Source: Mobula hypostoma (taxonomy: Eukaryota). Taken from it: a stretch of DNA of 64,000 nt. The stretch spans positions 112,966,001-113,030,000 of the forward strand of contig NC_086108.1 of the NCBI RefSeq assembly GCF_963921235.1. The letters are read 5' to 3'. Within the stretch, counting starts at the first letter, position 1. Each line of letters opens with the position of its first letter. Of the stretch, positions 63,460 through 64,000 are shown piece by piece. Below the pieces are notes generated by a model. The model searched no databases. It was not told the DNA's origin and was given only the letters and a program-made list of their open reading frames with translations. Both the position numbers and the translations under genes were made by a program.

Positions 63460-63945
63460 TCTGGTAGGAGGGACGCGGAAGCTTTAGAGAAGGTGCAGAG
63501 GAGATTTACCAGGATGCTGCCTGGATTAGAAGGCATGTCTTATGAAGACAGGTTGATCCAGCTAGGGCTTTGCTCTTTGGAGCAAAGGAGGATGAGAGGT
63601 GACTAGATAGAGATATACAAGATGTTAAGAGCCAAAGATAGAGTGACAGCCAGTTCCTTTTTCTCAGGACATAAGTGGTTAATGTGAGGGGCATAATTTT
63701 AAGGCGATTGGAGGAAAGTATGGGGGGAGGTCAGAAGTAGGTTTTTTTTTTACACAGAGAATGGTGGATGTGTGGAACACCTTGCCAGGGGTGCGGGTAC
63801 AGGTAAATACATCAGGGACATTTAAGAAACTCCTACAGAGGCACATGGATGATAGAAGAATGGAGGGTTATGTAGGAGGGAAGGGTTAGAGTGATCTTAA
63901 AGTAAGCTATAAGGTCGTGGGACGAAGAGCCTCTACTCTGCTATG
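63460..63945 (+). mobile_element. CR1 3' fragment
   Basis: LEKVQRRFTRMLPGL..SLEQRRMRGD and 3' UTR; similar old fragments at about 290-460, 1765-2030, 8045-8400, 11370-11720, 26830-27150, 36130-36490, 49045-50400, 52280-52625. Confidence 0.8.
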
Positions 63946-64000
63946 TAGTTTGCGGTGTGCCCTCCCTGGAACAAAGATTGACCTTTGGAGAGATGACCCT

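Noticed and set aside
63955..64000. Possible further collagen exon at the window edge
   Set aside because: No Gly-X-Y periodicity with valid splice sites.

Overview
Vertebrate genomic DNA, most likely a cartilaginous fish (inferred from its repeat families: CR1 LINEs, V-SINE-type SINEs, Penelope-like elements, Rex1/Babar-type LINEs). The only host gene I can support is on the minus strand: ten phase-0, GT-AG-bounded Gly-X-Y exons (63137 down to 9957; 54,54,54,108,108,111,54,63,54,36 nt; 232 codons in total). They encode the C-terminal part of the triple helix of a clade-C fibrillar collagen (COL24A1/COL27A1-like). The gene continues beyond both ends of this exon set. The introns are almost entirely transposon-derived: CR1, Rex1/Babar, RTE and RNase-H-bearing I/Nimb-type LINEs, Penelope-like elements (PLEs), Gypsy LTRs, and Tc1, Harbinger and hAT DNA transposons. 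Many are nested and have readable target-site duplications, and there are several minisatellites. Most notable: (i) the collagen fits neither COL24A1 nor COL27A1 cleanly and has a 4-residue helix interruption (GFQ-NTQR-GRA) in a 111-nt exon; (ii) several minimal hammerhead-ribozyme motifs are carried by PLE ends; (iii) a fully resolvable 4.9-kb nested insertion. I found no prokaryote-type system, and most ORF-track entries are repeat-derived. Element boundaries without a stated TSD are approximate.
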